A DNA stretch of 52,442 nt from Candidatus Magasanikiibacteriota bacterium (GTDB lineage: Bacteria > Patescibacteriota > Patescibacteriia > Magasanikbacterales > UBA922), in NCBI GenBank assembly GCA_903837125.1, contig CAILTG010000094.1, positions 1-52,442 of the forward strand, in the 5' to 3' direction. Shown here one piece after another: positions 29,115-38,582 of this stretch. The notes beneath the pieces are model-generated. The model did no database searches and had not been told where the DNA came from. It was given only the letters and a program-made list of their open reading frames with translations. The stretch's first letter is position 1, and every line of letters starts with the position of its first letter. The position numbers and the translations under genes are program-made.

Positions 29115-30899
29115 TTAAACCTCTTTTTTATCAATTTTAGATCTATCTTGATCAATATTAATTTGATAATCTTTTAATTCATTCGGAGAAAGTTGTGAAT
29201 AAGCAATCTCGCGGTAGACATCACAGCTTTTTAACAACATCTCATGAGTTCCCTCGCCCACAATTTTGCCATCATCTAGCACAATTATTTTGTCTGCCGA
29301 TAAAATAGTGGAAATTCTTTGTGCCACAATCAACACAGTTTTATCTTTCGTTTCAGATTTTAAAGCTCCTCGAAGCGTCGCATCCGTTTTAAAATCAAGG
29401 GCCGAAAAACTGTCATCAAAAATATAAACTTCCGGTTTCCTGATAATCGCCCGCGCAATTGAAAGTCGTTGTTTTTGACCACCAGAAATGTTGGCTCCGC
29501 CCTCAGCAATTGGCGCATAAAATTTTCCTGGAAGATTATTGATAAATTCTTCGGCTTGTGAAATTTTAGAAAAATATTTTACCTCATTATCGGTCGCCTG
29601 GGGCGCACCGTATTTAACATTTGATTCTACTGTCCCGGAAAATAACACGCTTTTTTGAGGCACATAACCAATCTTCTCATAAAGATCTTCAAGCTGATAC
29701 TCACGCACATCAATACCATCCAATAAAATTTTTCCCGTAGTAACATCATAAAACCGCGGGATTAAATTTATCAGAGTCGATTTGCCGGAACCGGTTGAAC
29801 CAATAAACGCCGTTGTTTCGCCAGAATTCGCTTTGAAAGAAATATTTTCTAGCACAGACGTATCTGCGCCAGGATAACAAAAAGTAACATTTTTAAATTC
29901 AACTACCCCACCGTGGATATTTTTAGTAAAAATTGGTTTTTCAGGATCCTTAATAAGCGGGTCGGTTTCAATTACTTCAATGACTCGTTCAGCGGAAACC
30001 GAGGCGCGTGGCACTAAAATAAAAACCATTGAAATCATTAAAAACGCCATAATTACTTGCATTGCATATTGCATAAAGGCAATCATGTTGCCGATTTCCA
30101 AATTACCCGAGCTAATTAAATGTGCTCCCAGCCAAACAATTAATACCGATGTTAAATTCAAAATCAACATCATTACTGGTTGCATCACCACCATCAGTCT
30201 GTTTACAAAAAGATTCGCTCCCGTTAAATCAACATTGGCTTTTTCAAATTTTGCCTGTTCAAGTTTTTCGTTATTAAAAGCACGAATAACGCGCAGGCCA
30301 GTCAAATTTTCTCGCGTGACCAGATTTAATCGATCAACTAATTTTTGTAATAATTTAAATTTTGGTAAAGCTACTGCAAACATTACAAAAATCACTCCGA
30401 GCAATACCGCAACAGCGAGAGCAATAACCCACGAAAGTGAGGGTGCTAAATTGTAAGCCTTAAAAATTGCCCAAAGTCCCATTATGGGAGCCTGCAAAAC
30501 CATTCTTAAGAGCAGCACCATAACTGTTTGAATTTGTTGGATGTCATTGGTTGAACGAGTGATTAGTGAGGCAGTTGAAAATTTGTTGAATTCCACCAGC
30601 GAAAAACTTTCCACGCGAGAAAAAACTTGATTTCTAATGTCGCGACTAAAACCGGTAGCAATCTTGGAAGCTAAATAACCGACGCCGATGGTACAGACGG
30701 CACCGCCCAGAGCAATGAGGAGCATCCACAACCCATTATAAAAAATGAAACTATTATTTGACTGAACAATTCCCTCGTTAATAATTTTGGCCATATAATC
30801 CGGCAATTGAAGAGTTGCTGCCACGGTGCCAAAAACCAAAGCAATCAGTAAGATCATTTGTAAAGTGTATGGTTTTAAATATTTTATAAGCTTAAACAT
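29115..30899 (-). CDS. ABC exporter fused permease/ATPase (TM287-like, degenerate half)
   Basis: TMD + GSTGSGKS, ISGGQKQR, degenerate FDDSFSALD and VAQR. Confidence 0.93.
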   Translation of the reverse strand: MFKLIKYLKPYTLQMILLIALVFGTVAATLQLPDYMAKIINEGIVQSNNSFIFYNGLWMLLIALGGAVCTIGVGYLASKIATGFSRDIRNQVFSRVESFSLVEFNKFSTASLITRSTNDIQQIQTVMVLLLRMVLQAPIMGLWAIFKAYNLAPSLSWVIALAVAVLLGVIFVMFAVALPKFKLLQKLVDRLNLVTRENLTGLRVIRAFNNEKLEQAKFEKANVDLTGANLFVNRLMVVMQPVMMLILNLTSVLIVWLGAHLISSGNLEIGNMIAFMQYAMQVIMAFLMISMVFILVPRASVSAERVIEVIETDPLIKDPEKPIFTKNIHGGVVEFKNVTFCYPGADTSVLENISFKANSGETTAFIGSTGSGKSTLINLIPRFYDVTTGKILLDGIDVREYQLEDLYEKIGYVPQKSVLFSGTVESNVKYGAPQATDNEVKYFSKISQAEEFINNLPGKFYAPIAEGGANISGGQKQRLSIARAIIRKPEVYIFDDSFSALDFKTDATLRGALKSETKDKTVLIVAQRISTILSADKIIVLDDGKIVGEGTHEMLLKSCDVYREIAYSQLSPNELKDYQINIDQDRSKIDKKEV

Positions 30900-30904
30900 A
30901 ATTG

Positions 30905-31342
30905 TTATTTAACACACCCTCTAAAATCGGACATTTTTTTAATCAAACGGATTAAATCTTTCGTGTCTTTTTCTCCCAAAAAATTTACCAACATTTGGGT
31001 TTTTTTGGTAAATTCATTTTTTAATTTTAACACTTGTACCTGCCCTTTTTTTGTTAGTTCAATTAAAGTAACTCTGCGATCATTTTTGTCGGATAAACGA
31101 TTAAGCAAACCCTGTTTTTCCATGGCATTTATTTGGTGAGTTACAGCCGCCAAAGTAACACATGTCTTCTCAGCTATTTCGGACATAGTAACCGGCTGAC
31201 CGCTTTTTAATTCATAAATCAAAAACAAGATGTGTTTCTCGGCACCCTTTAATTTTGTGTGATTGTGCTGCAAGGCCATAGTTCGTTTAAACTGGCTCAT
31301 CACATTTTGTAGCTCAAAAACTATTTTTTTAGCTGTTTGCAT
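30905..31342 (-). CDS. MarR family transcriptional regulator
   Basis: wHTH, MSEIAE...AAVT..IN.ME..GL..R...DRRVTLIELT.KG. Confidence 0.92.
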   Translation of the reverse strand: MQTAKKIVFELQNVMSQFKRTMALQHNHTKLKGAEKHILFLIYELKSGQPVTMSEIAEKTCVTLAAVTHQINAMEKQGLLNRLSDKNDRRVTLIELTKKGQVQVLKLKNEFTKKTQMLVNFLGEKDTKDLIRLIKKMSDFRGCVK

Positions 31343-31362
31343 ATTATTTACTTAATAAATAG

Positions 31363-31403
31363 TTTACTAAGTAAAGTATATAACAAGTAAAATAATTTGT
31401 CAA
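31363..31403 (-). promoter_or_regulatory. marR promoter with palindromic operator
   Basis: TTGACA - 17 bp - TATACT; TTTACT-A-AGTAAA palindrome (31363-31375) overlapping the -10/+1 region. Confidence 0.7.
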
Positions 31404-31417
31404 TACACTAAAAAATT

Positions 31418-31445
31418 AAAAAAGAGCCCTGGTAGGACTCTTTTT
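31418..31445. terminator. intrinsic terminator after the internal secA tail
   Basis: AAAAAAGAGCCCT-ggt-AGGACTCTTTTT. Confidence 0.75.
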
Positions 31446-31447
31446 GC

Positions 31448-31484
31448 CTAAACATTACCATGACACTTCTTAAAGTGTTAGTTT
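31448..31484 (-). repeat. internal attachment site carrying an alternative secA tail, KKCHGNV-TAG
   Basis: minus strand AAACTAACACTT-TAAGAAGTGTCATGG-TAATGTTTAG; 15/15 to the secA core; ACACT-N6-AGTGT dyad. Confidence 0.87.
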
Positions 31485-31502
31485 AATATATAAGCAGACT
31501 TG

Positions 31503-32744
31503 CTATTTAACAATAATATTGTTCACAAAATTTCCAACCAATAATTTAATTTTCTCAATATTTTCCTTATCCATTACCATATAGCTATATTTTTGTCCGT
31601 CAAAGGTGGTAATTTTAAAATTTAATTTGTTCAAAATTATTTCCTTAATATTATCATAAGCAATTTCATAGGCAACCGGTACTGAGCTTAAAAATTGAGG
31701 TAAACCACTATTTAATAATTCCATACCCTTTTTTTCAATTTCTTTTCGATTAAAGAAAAAATTGGTTGGACTATAGGCCACGCCATCCACAACATTTGAT
31801 CCGCCGGTCACTGGCACCTCAACCATTAATAATCTTTTTGATGTTATAATTAGCGAATTTTCCGATTTAGTAGTTTTGCCGACACCTAAAACCGACCAGG
31901 TTTGAGTTTTTAAATTCATGATTCCAAAAATAGTACCTAACACGCTTTCATCATTATAACTCTTTAATTCCGGCTTAGGTTGGTTAGAAGTTGCAATGCC
32001 AGTCGCCGACAAATCAACAGCAGAAATTCGTTTTATCTCCTTGATACTCAAGACCAGTATAATAAGGGCAAATCCACCAAAAATAGATAAGACTGCAACA
32101 GCCATTGACCAAGCCCCAAGATGAATACTAAATAAGATAAAAGCTAATAAAAATATAAAAAACCAAGGAAAAAAATTTATCATCTCTAACTTTTTTTGGA
32201 TAATGGCGGCTTGCTGATTAATCTCCGCTAAATTTTTATTCTCATCTAGATTCTGGAACAATCTATATCTTATATACTTTAAACACAAATTAATCAGGTT
32301 ATAAAAAACAAACAAATAGATAAACCAATTTATCGAAAAAATGAAATTAAATGATTTAATTAAATTGCTATAAAAAAATAAAATTAGGGTGGCGGTAATA
32401 AAATGAGCTGCCAACCCAATTCCCGCCTGCATTAAATCATAATACTCTCGGACCAAAATAAATCTCTTAATACTGGCATTGGCTAATTGGCTGAGCGTTT
32501 TTATTTTCACATATTTTACAACACCAAATGACAGCTGTAAAACTATTTCCAGACCAAAAATAAATCCAACAATTAGTAGTGGGATGCCAAAGTATTTTTG
32601 GATTAGATAACCAAGAATAATTAAAAACAGCAGATTCTTAAAAACATTAGCCAGTTTAAAAGTTTCAACTGTATATTCTGTTTTGACGGCAAAAGTAGTT
32701 AAGTTTGAGTCCTTATTAAAGGGATTAGGAAAAAAATTAGACAT
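31503..32744 (-). CDS. multi-TM membrane protein with soluble C-terminal domain, unknown function
   Basis: about six hydrophobic segments then a beta-rich soluble domain (LIITSKRLLMV...EIAYDNIKEI). Confidence 0.8.
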   Translation of the reverse strand: MSNFFPNPFNKDSNLTTFAVKTEYTVETFKLANVFKNLLFLIILGYLIQKYFGIPLLIVGFIFGLEIVLQLSFGVVKYVKIKTLSQLANASIKRFILVREYYDLMQAGIGLAAHFITATLILFFYSNLIKSFNFIFSINWFIYLFVFYNLINLCLKYIRYRLFQNLDENKNLAEINQQAAIIQKKLEMINFFPWFFIFLLAFILFSIHLGAWSMAVAVLSIFGGFALIILVLSIKEIKRISAVDLSATGIATSNQPKPELKSYNDESVLGTIFGIMNLKTQTWSVLGVGKTTKSENSLIITSKRLLMVEVPVTGGSNVVDGVAYSPTNFFFNRKEIEKKGMELLNSGLPQFLSSVPVAYEIAYDNIKEIILNKLNFKITTFDGQKYSYMVMDKENIEKIKLLVGNFVNNIIVK

Positions 32745-32806
32745 AATGCGAAGTCAAATATTCTTTACTTATTATTTTCCATTAAATCTACATCTCACAA
32801 AAAATC

Positions 32807-35716
32807 TTACGCTCCATGACACTTCTTATACTTCTTCCCGCTCCCGCACGGACATAAATCATTTCGTCCAACTTTATGTCCGGAATCATCACGCGGTTTC
32901 CCTTCAAACTGTCCAACTTCTACTGCAGATTTTTCCGCACCTTTTAAAACTAATTTATCATTGGCCATAATGGTTGGCGCCAATTGCAAACCTACGCCCA
33001 CTTTATAAAAAGAATATACCACTTCTTTTTGAATACCGGCCAAAAGTTCATTGAACATTTTATAAGTTTCTTTTTTATATTCTACCAACGGATCACGCTG
33101 ACCATAACCACGTAAACCAATACCTGTGCGCAAATAATCTACGGCCACCAAATGATCTACCCACAGGGCATCTATAGAACGAAGTAAAATTCCTTTTTCA
33201 ATAGCTCGCACCATGAATTTTCCTTCAGCTGGATTTTGGCTAGCAGAAATAATTTGATTTTCTACTTTATCATATTCACGTTCAGCTTTTTCTAATAAAT
33301 ATTTAACTAAAGCATCACGCACAGTTACATCATCCAATTTACTATTGCCGTTTCTGGTAAAATGTAAAATTTCCTCGCGCTCGGTTTGTGAAAGCGGAAA
33401 AATTGTTCTAATGGTTTCAAAAATTTCTTGCAAATTCCATTCAGTTTTTGATTCAGTATTAGTGTGAAAAGATACTACCATTTCCAATTCCTGTTCAATC
33501 ATTTCCAAAATCATTTCTTTTAAAGAACTAAATTTCTTACTCCAATCATTCGGCCTCTCTTCTGGCACATCTCTTTCCAAATCCTCAATACTCAAATTAT
33601 CACCAACCTTAGTATTTACGTTATCATTTTTTTCTATAGTCTGTGGTCCATAGTCTATAGTCTGTTTTTTCTCCGCCAAATCCAAAATTTGTCTTCTTTT
33701 TCCATAAATTACCTCACGATGACGATTCAATACATCATCATATTCTAATAAATGCTTTCTAGTATCAAAATGAAAACCTTCCACTTTTTTCTGCGCGCCT
33801 TCCAACATTTTAGTTATCATGCGCTGTTCAATTGGCATATCTTCAGGCACATTCAATCTAGTCATTAATGATTTTATTCTGTCACCCGCAAAAATACGCA
33901 TTAAATCATCTTCGCAAGAAACAAAAAATTGAGTTTCACCAGGATCCCCCTGACGCGCCGCTCGACCACGCAACTGGTTATCAATACGTCGCGCTTCATG
34001 ACGTTCAGTACCCAAAACAAACAAACCACCAGCTTGTTTTACCATTTCTGCTTCAGTTTCAATAATAGGATTACCGCCCAATTTAATATCCACACCACGA
34101 CCGGCCATGTTGGTGGCCAAAGTAATTGCTCCTGGCCGTCCAGCTTGAGCAATAATTTCTGCTTCACGTTCATGATTCTTAGCATTCAAAATTTCGTGTT
34201 TAATACCTTCACGTACCAAATACTCACTCAATTCCTCATTTTTTTCTACTGAAATAGTACCAATCAACATTGGCTGTTTTTTTACTTGGCATTCCTTAAT
34301 TTTTTCTCCAATGGCCTTAAACTTACCCCGCTCATTTTTATAAATCCGATCTGGATGGTCAAATCTACAATCTTGCCGATTAGTAGGAATGGTTACTACT
34401 TCTAAATGATAAATTTTCCAAAACTCTTCTATTTCAGTAAAAGCTGTACCAGTCATACCAGATAATTTTCCATACATGCGAAATAAATTCTGGAAAGTAA
34501 TTGTGGCCAAAGTTTGACTTTCCTTTTGTATTTCTACTCCTTCTTTGGCTTCTATAGCCTGATGCAAACCTTCGGAATAACGACGACCAGGCATTTTACG
34601 TCCGGTAAATTCATCAATAATCAACACTTCATTATTTTCTACCATGTAATCCTTATCACGCTTAAATAGCACTTCTGCTTTTAGAGCCTGCTCCACATGA
34701 TGCACCAAACGCACACCACCTTCTACATAAAGATTTTCAATGCCCAGCCATTTTTCAAATTTAGCAATACCTTCTTCGGTTAAACTGGTCGTACGCATTT
34801 TTTCATCCAAATTATAATCTCCTTGCCCCGCAGGATCTTTGGCATCTTTTTCTTTTAACTGACGAATTAGTTTCGCAAATTGATAATATTGTTCATTAGC
34901 ATCTTCTGCGGGAGCGGAAATTATTAGTGGAGTTCTGGCTTCATCAATTAAAATTGAATCTACTTCATCCACAATTGCAAAATTCATTTCATTCCCCGGA
35001 CGCATTACCATTTCATTAATAGTCTGCACCATGTTATCGCGCAAATAATCAAAACCATATTCATTATTGGTGCCATAAGTAATATCAGCACGGTAAGCTT
35101 CTTGACGAGAGCAGGGACGAATAAAATCTTCGTCAATCTTAAAACTCTCCTGTTCACTTTCAATTTTTAATTCATTACTATCTGTTAGCTGTTGACTGCC
35201 ATCTAATTTTCTGGCCGTGGCATCATAAATATATGAAACCCGCATATTCTGAATAATACCAACACTCATTCCTAAATAATCATAAATTTTTGCCATCCAA
35301 ATAGCATCACGTTTAGCCAAATAATCATTCACAGTAACCAAATGTACACCTTTGCCTTCCAGAGCATTTAAATAAATTGGTAAAGTGGCCACCAAAGTTT
35401 TTCCTTCACCAGTGCGCATTTCCGAAATTCCCCCGCGATGCAAGACTACACCACCAACCATTTGGACATCAAAATGACGCATACCGGTGGTGCGTTTAGA
35501 GGCTTCACGAACTGTAGCGAAAGCTTCTGGTAATAAATCATCCAAAGTTTCACCTTTAGCCAAGCGATTTTTAAAATCCTGAGTTTTATTTTTTAATTCT
35601 TCATCAGTCAATTTTTGCCAGGCTGGCTCCAAAGAATTAATTTTAAGAACAATTGGTTGAATTTCCCGAATAGTTTTTTTATTGGTATCACCAAATAATT
35701 TAGTTAGAAAAGACAT
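32807..35716 (-). CDS. secA: preprotein translocase ATPase SecA
   Basis: EMRTGEGKT, VTVNDYLA, DEVDSILIDEARTPLIIS, ATNMAGRG, C-terminal SEC-C GRNDLCPCGSGKKYKKCH. Confidence 0.99.
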   Translation of the reverse strand: MSFLTKLFGDTNKKTIREIQPIVLKINSLEPAWQKLTDEELKNKTQDFKNRLAKGETLDDLLPEAFATVREASKRTTGMRHFDVQMVGGVVLHRGGISEMRTGEGKTLVATLPIYLNALEGKGVHLVTVNDYLAKRDAIWMAKIYDYLGMSVGIIQNMRVSYIYDATARKLDGSQQLTDSNELKIESEQESFKIDEDFIRPCSRQEAYRADITYGTNNEYGFDYLRDNMVQTINEMVMRPGNEMNFAIVDEVDSILIDEARTPLIISAPAEDANEQYYQFAKLIRQLKEKDAKDPAGQGDYNLDEKMRTTSLTEEGIAKFEKWLGIENLYVEGGVRLVHHVEQALKAEVLFKRDKDYMVENNEVLIIDEFTGRKMPGRRYSEGLHQAIEAKEGVEIQKESQTLATITFQNLFRMYGKLSGMTGTAFTEIEEFWKIYHLEVVTIPTNRQDCRFDHPDRIYKNERGKFKAIGEKIKECQVKKQPMLIGTISVEKNEELSEYLVREGIKHEILNAKNHEREAEIIAQAGRPGAITLATNMAGRGVDIKLGGNPIIETEAEMVKQAGGLFVLGTERHEARRIDNQLRGRAARQGDPGETQFFVSCEDDLMRIFAGDRIKSLMTRLNVPEDMPIEQRMITKMLEGAQKKVEGFHFDTRKHLLEYDDVLNRHREVIYGKRRQILDLAEKKQTIDYGPQTIEKNDNVNTKVGDNLSIEDLERDVPEERPNDWSKKFSSLKEMILEMIEQELEMVVSFHTNTESKTEWNLQEIFETIRTIFPLSQTEREEILHFTRNGNSKLDDVTVRDALVKYLLEKAEREYDKVENQIISASQNPAEGKFMVRAIEKGILLRSIDALWVDHLVAVDYLRTGIGLRGYGQRDPLVEYKKETYKMFNELLAGIQKEVVYSFYKVGVGLQLAPTIMANDKLVLKGAEKSAVEVGQFEGKPRDDSGHKVGRNDLCPCGSGKKYKKCHGA
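32814..32828 (-). repeat. proximal attachment core inside the secA SEC-C codons
   Basis: TAAGAAGTGTCATGG, repeated at 31458 and 27226. Confidence 0.85.
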
Positions 35717-35815
35717 AAATTAGTAATTTTAAATTTGAAATTTAAGGTTTTATTGCTGAATAATTGTACCACCCTTTTTGCCTTCTGTCCATCCCCCAAA
35801 AGGTACCAATATAAT

Positions 35816-35836
35816 AAACCCACCTTCCGGCGGGTT
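35816..35836 (-). terminator. probable terminator after hpf
   Basis: AACCCACC-ttcc-GGCGGGTT hairpin. Confidence 0.5.
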
Positions 35837-35869
35837 CATCACTAATTACTAGTTACCAGTTACTGATAT

Positions 35870-36214
35870 TTATACCTGGTATTCTTTCTCACTTCGCAAG
35901 ACTTTCTTATCTTTTCTTCTCATTTTTTCTTTCATTTTTTCCAATTCCACTTTTAAATGATCCTTTACTTTATCAATTGCCTTGTATAAATCCTCTGACT
36001 CTTTAACCACCCGTATAACTTTTCCAGGAACTGACAAATTTACCTCAGCATAATAAACTTTACCTTTTAAATGATGATGTGACTGCATACCTACATCAAT
36101 ATCTGCTGACTGAATATTATCAAAAAATTTAACCAAGCCACCAATTTTTTCTTCAGCATAATCTTTTATAGCATCAGTTAAGGTGATACCGGTTCCTTTG
36201 ATGTTTGTATTCAT
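35870..36214 (-). CDS. hpf: ribosome hibernation promoting factor (HPF/RaiA)
   Basis: LTDAIKDYAEEKI, AEVNLSVPG, EDLYKAID; adjacent to secA. Confidence 0.9.
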   Translation of the reverse strand: MNTNIKGTGITLTDAIKDYAEEKIGGLVKFFDNIQSADIDVGMQSHHHLKGKVYYAEVNLSVPGKVIRVVKESEDLYKAIDKVKDHLKVELEKMKEKMRRKDKKVLRSEKEYQV

Positions 36215-36223
36215 AATTTACAA

Positions 36224-37168
36224 TTAAAAATTTAAAATTTCTACTTCTGGTTCAATTTCTACTCCAAATTTATTATATATCTTATTTTTTAATTCTTCAA
36301 CAATTGTCAAGATATCTTGTTGTGTTGCCTTACCAGTATTAACTATAAAATTACCATGCTCATTAGCTATTTTTGCTCCGCCAACAGCATAACCCTTCAT
36401 ATTTACCTGCTCTACCAACCAACCAATTGGCACTTTCTTTCTTTCCACAAATAACGGAGGTAATTCCTCTACATTTCCAGACCATTTTTGGATGTCAATA
36501 TTTTTAAAGAAACTTCCTGCATTCGGCTCTGTAGGATAACGGCCACTACGTTGCTTTAAATAACCTTGCATGGCCGTTAAAATTTCCTGCTTATCTCCAG
36601 GTACCAATTTAAAATGAGCCTGCAAGATTACTCCCCCACTGCTCTTAAATACGCTTTCCCGATAACTAAAGTTGCATTCTTCTTTTTTTAACTCTGTCAC
36701 TTCACCATCTTTCCATAATTCAATTTTTTCTATAACGTTCGCAGTTTCTTTACCCATAGCTCCAGCATTACCGCGCACAGCTCCACCTACTGTACCAGGA
36801 ATTCCTACCGCCCATTCCAGACCACTTAAACCATTTTTTAAAGCTTCAACTACTACTAAACTCAATAAAACTCCAGTGTCAACCACGATTGTATTGTTAG
36901 TTCTTAGTTCTAAGTTCTTAGTTCTTAGTTTAATAACAACACCACGAAATCCTTCGTCATTAAATAACATATTACTTCCTCCTCCTAAAACATAATACTC
37001 AACACCCTCGCCACTTAAAAAATTTAATAAATCAACCAACTCATCTGTTTTAGAAATTTCTACAAAAAAATCCGCTGGCCCGCCAATTTTAAAAGTGGTG
37101 TGTTTGGCAAGCGGTTCGTTGAGACGAACATGACCAAATTGTTTTAATTGTTGATAAATTTCTTGCAT
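36224..37168 (-). CDS. murB: UDP-N-acetylmuramate dehydrogenase
   Basis: HTTFKIGGPA, LGGGSN, GIPGTVGGAVRGNAGA, FSYRES, AGSFFKN, HGNFIVN, EPEV. Confidence 0.97.
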   Translation of the reverse strand: MQEIYQQLKQFGHVRLNEPLAKHTTFKIGGPADFFVEISKTDELVDLLNFLSGEGVEYYVLGGGSNMLFNDEGFRGVVIKLRTKNLELRTNNTIVVDTGVLLSLVVVEALKNGLSGLEWAVGIPGTVGGAVRGNAGAMGKETANVIEKIELWKDGEVTELKKEECNFSYRESVFKSSGGVILQAHFKLVPGDKQEILTAMQGYLKQRSGRYPTEPNAGSFFKNIDIQKWSGNVEELPPLFVERKKVPIGWLVEQVNMKGYAVGGAKIANEHGNFIVNTGKATQQDILTIVEELKNKIYNKFGVEIEPEVEILNF

Positions 37169-37225
37169 AAATTCTTAATGAAAGATATTGCCAAATTCTA
37201 TTTTTTCGCCTATAATTACCCAGCT

Positions 37226-38497
37226 ATGTCAAAACTGTTTATTCAACCCATCTTTTATGTCACCCGCGACCTAGAACGCGCCTTGGGACTCAACCTGGAT
37301 ACCGAAGGTTATTTTATTATCTCAAATTTCACTCCTTTTGCCAAGGGTATTACTCAAAACCGAAAAAATGTTTTACTGATTAAGAATAAAGAAATGATGG
37401 ACACCTGGGAATTACTCCAAAATACGGAAGTAAAAAAATTCATCAACAAACAAAAACAATCAAACATTCTTGTTTTCAAAAATACCATCCAAATCCAAAA
37501 AACCTGTGCCGAAAATGGCTGGCAGCTACTAAATCCACCAGCCAAAATTTCTAATGAAGTAGAAGAAAAAATCTCACAAATTACCTGGCTTGGACCATTA
37601 AAAAAATATTTGCCAAAATATTCTGTATTAAAATGCAACCAAGTAAAATTTTCCAATAAACCATTTATACTTCAATTCAACCGCTCCCACACTGGCAGTG
37701 GCACAATTTTAATTGAATCAAAAAATCAACTTGAAGAAATTCAACAAAAATTTCCTGAACGTGAAGTAAGAATTGCTGAGTATATTGTTGGTCCGTTATT
37801 TACCAATAACAATATTGTTACTAAAAATAAAATTTTACTCGGCAATATTTCTTATCAAATCACTGGCCTTAAACCTTTTACCGATCTTCCCTTTTCCACT
37901 ATTGGCAATGATTGGACTTTACCATCTAAAATTTTAACCAAAAAACAATTTTTGCAATACAAAAAAATCGCTGCTGATGTTGGCTTAAGACTTAAAAAAG
38001 CTGGTTGGAAAGGTTTGTTTGGCATTGATATGGTAATGAGAGAGAAACCCGCCTTCGCTAAAGCTTCGTCGGGCAAAGCCGGAAAATTATATTTATTAGA
38101 AATTAACTGCCGACAACCTGCGAGTACGACTTACGAATCACAACTACAGAATGGTATACAAAATACAAAAGATACGAAATTACGAAATAATGAATTGACT
38201 ATCTTTGAGGCACACTTAATGGCTTTACAAAATTTTGATTTAAAAAACTACAAATTAATTGAAATAAAAAATGGTGCACAAGTGATTCAACGAAACATAG
38301 AACATAAAACATGTAACCTGAAACAACTATTAAAAAAATTAAAAAAAGAAAAATTTAATGTAATACCATACAATAATACTGAGCCAAACTCTGACTTATT
38401 AAGAATCCAAAGTAAAACAGGAATAATGAATAATCATAACGAATTTAATGAAACTGGAAATCGTATTGTAAAAATTACAAATTCACCTAATTTCTAA
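37226..38497 (+). CDS. ATP-grasp domain protein
   Basis: EEKISQ, HTGSGT, GLFGIDMV, LLEINCR; TTGCCA-17-TATAAT 9 nt before ATG 37226. Confidence 0.8.
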   Translation: MSKLFIQPIFYVTRDLERALGLNLDTEGYFIISNFTPFAKGITQNRKNVLLIKNKEMMDTWELLQNTEVKKFINKQKQSNILVFKNTIQIQKTCAENGWQLLNPPAKISNEVEEKISQITWLGPLKKYLPKYSVLKCNQVKFSNKPFILQFNRSHTGSGTILIESKNQLEEIQQKFPEREVRIAEYIVGPLFTNNNIVTKNKILLGNISYQITGLKPFTDLPFSTIGNDWTLPSKILTKKQFLQYKKIAADVGLRLKKAGWKGLFGIDMVMREKPAFAKASSGKAGKLYLLEINCRQPASTTYESQLQNGIQNTKDTKLRNNELTIFEAHLMALQNFDLKNYKLIEIKNGAQVIQRNIEHKTCNLKQLLKKLKKEKFNVIPYNNTEPNSDLLRIQSKTGIMNNHNEFNETGNRIVKITNSPNF

Positions 38498-38582
38498 TTC
38501 ACCTAATAAAATTATCAATTTTCAAATTAAACATTTGATATTTGGCATTTTATTAGAAATTAGAAATTAGAAATTAGAAATT
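38488..38582. repeat. heptamer array (AAATTAG)n abutting the next start codon, with inverted partner
   Basis: TTAGAAATTAGAAATTAGAAATTAGAAATT-ATG; CTAATTTCTAATT at 38488. Confidence 0.75.

Larger units (their letters stand above)
27241..31472 (-). mobile_element. integrase-less cassette 2 (4,232 bp): marR + heterodimeric ABC exporter
   Basis: bounded by direct-repeat cores at 27226-27240 and 31458-31472; no recombinase gene inside. Confidence 0.72.
31473..32828 (-). mobile_element. integrase-less cassette 1 (1,356 bp): single membrane-protein gene
   Basis: bounded by identical 15-bp cores at 31458-31472 and 32814-32828. Confidence 0.72.

Noticed and set aside
31458-31484. Chromosomal dif site or pdif module
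   Set aside because: Only TGTTA resembles the XerD arm; the match to the secA 3' end with in-frame KKCHG tails explains the site better, though a Xer-family enzyme acting in trans is not excluded
27219-32828. Classical integron with attC sites
   Set aside because: No intI and no attC-type long imperfect palindromes with RYYYAAC/GTTRRRY ends; boundaries are short direct repeats
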